Assembly: GCA_963727825.1 (NCBI GenBank)
Contig: CAVSHO010000013.1
Location: 8,040 to 72,039 of the forward strand
Direction: 5' to 3'
DNA length: 64,000 bases
Origin: Ignavibacteriota bacterium
GTDB lineage: Bacteria > Bacteroidota > Ignavibacteria > UBA10030
Below, one piece after another: positions 63,065-64,000 of this stretch. Every line of letters begins with the position of its first letter. The stretch's first letter is position 1. The translations under genes were made by a program, and so were the position numbers. A model generated the notes under the pieces. It did no database searches. It worked only from the letters and a program-made list of their open reading frames with translations, and was not told the origin of the DNA.

Positions 63065-64000
63065 CTACTTCCTGATTTCGAGCTTCTTCTCGAGGAAGGG
63101 TCGGGCGCATGGCCCGCGGCGAGGGCCTTTTGATAATGCCAGCGGGCCAACTCCTCAAGTGGCGGTTGCTGGCTGATGTAAATGACGGCGAGATTGACGT
63201 GCGCGTCGCCATACTTGGGATCGAACTCAATAGCTTTGCGGAAGGCGGTTTCCGCCGGACCTCGCAGGCCCTTTTCGGCCAGGGTAGTGCCCAGGTAATT
63301 TTGAATCTGCGCGTTCTCGGGGTCGAGTTTGGCGGCCCGGCCGAGCGCATCGAGGGCTTCGTCATATTTCTGCTGGCGGTATTTCAGGTTGCCGAGGAGC
63401 GAGAGGCTGTAGGCGTCATTGGGCGCAAGGGTGAGGGCCTGGCGGATGTTCATCTCCGCTTCAACCAGGTGGTTGCGTTCGAGTTGCACGGCAGCGAGGT
63501 TGGCCAGGGTGAACACATTCGTTCGATCCTGCAGCAGCGCCTGCACGTAGGTGTCCTCGGCCTTGTCCAGTTTTCCGGCGGAGAAGTAACGTTGTGCTCC
63601 GCGGCGAGCGCCACCGTGCCGGATGGCGGTTCCTGGGCGGACTTTTTGGCGGGCGCAGAGGCGGTCTCAGCGGGTTTGGCCTGCGGTTTGGCGAAGAGCG
63701 CCAATTCCTCCGCACTGAACGGCACCTGGCGGGCTTCCAAGACATCGAGACGAGCGCGCAGGGCGGTCATCTGGCTCTCCATGTCCGCAACCCGGGCGGC
63801 TGCCTCCCGGCTCTTGTGGCTCGACAGCTCCTTGATTGCAGCTTCGAGTTTCTGCTGGAGGTCGTCCCGCTGACGCTCCAACTCTTTAATGCGGGCCGAG
63901 TCTTCGGGTTTGGCGGGCGCGGCAACAACCGGTTTGCTTGCCGCTTCGAGTTTTCGCTGCACTCGTCTCGCTGTCGCTCCAACTCTTTGATGCGGGCCGC
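63065..64000 (-). CDS. Coiled-coil plus TPR protein, 5'-truncated at window edge, with about three frameshifts
   Basis: Coiled coil (ARIKELERQRD...), TPRs (ALTLAPNDAY, AAKLDPENAQ, AIEFDPKYGDAH); likely true stop TAG 63067-63065. Confidence 0.7.

Noticed and set aside
62644-63546. Apparent TPR-YjbQ fusion ORF (300 aa)
   Set aside because: A one-base shift near 63095 gives PSLEKKLEIRK-TAG followed by the yjbQ GTG start; likely an indel artefact.
4061-63982. Numerous short antisense or overlapping ORFs in the track (e.g. 6398-6907, 43434-43967, 49313-49828, 63109-63873)
   Set aside because: Shadow frames of well-supported genes with no protein motifs.

Overview
Positions 1-~61,740 are AT-rich (roughly 37-40% GC by eye) chromosomal DNA from a bacterium with a type IX secretion system (T9SS), E. 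coli-like sigma70 promoters and Shine-Dalgarno sites, most consistent with an Ignavibacteria-like member of the Bacteroidota/Chlorobiota group (inference). This part holds a porU-porV locus followed by an M6-like protease that lacks its zinc motif and a gluzincin/beta-propeller/Omp85-like protein. It continues with glgA, rpiB, glyA, tatC, a probable ceramide cluster (spt, bcerS, cerR), a peptide-utilisation cluster (PRODH, OPT, pepD, MFSD1-like MFS), hemerythrin plus a response regulator, and housekeeping genes (relA/spoT, upp, der, miaA, pcm). tRNA-Pro(CGG) is followed by a GIY-YIG nuclease pseudogene and flanked by two tRNA-derived copies whose anticodon arm is replaced by a palindrome. At ~61,740 the sequence switches abruptly, mid-gene on both sides, to ~60-65% GC DNA (FG-GAP protein, yjbQ, TPR protein), most likely a chimeric or concatenated junction. 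About 11 single-base frameshifts look like uncorrected long-read errors. Best candidates for novelty: the tRNA-Pro/GIY-YIG/palindrome micro-element, a terminator/antiterminator leader directly upstream of porU, and the T9SS-linked M6 pseudo-protease. All family assignments come from motif recognition, not database searches.
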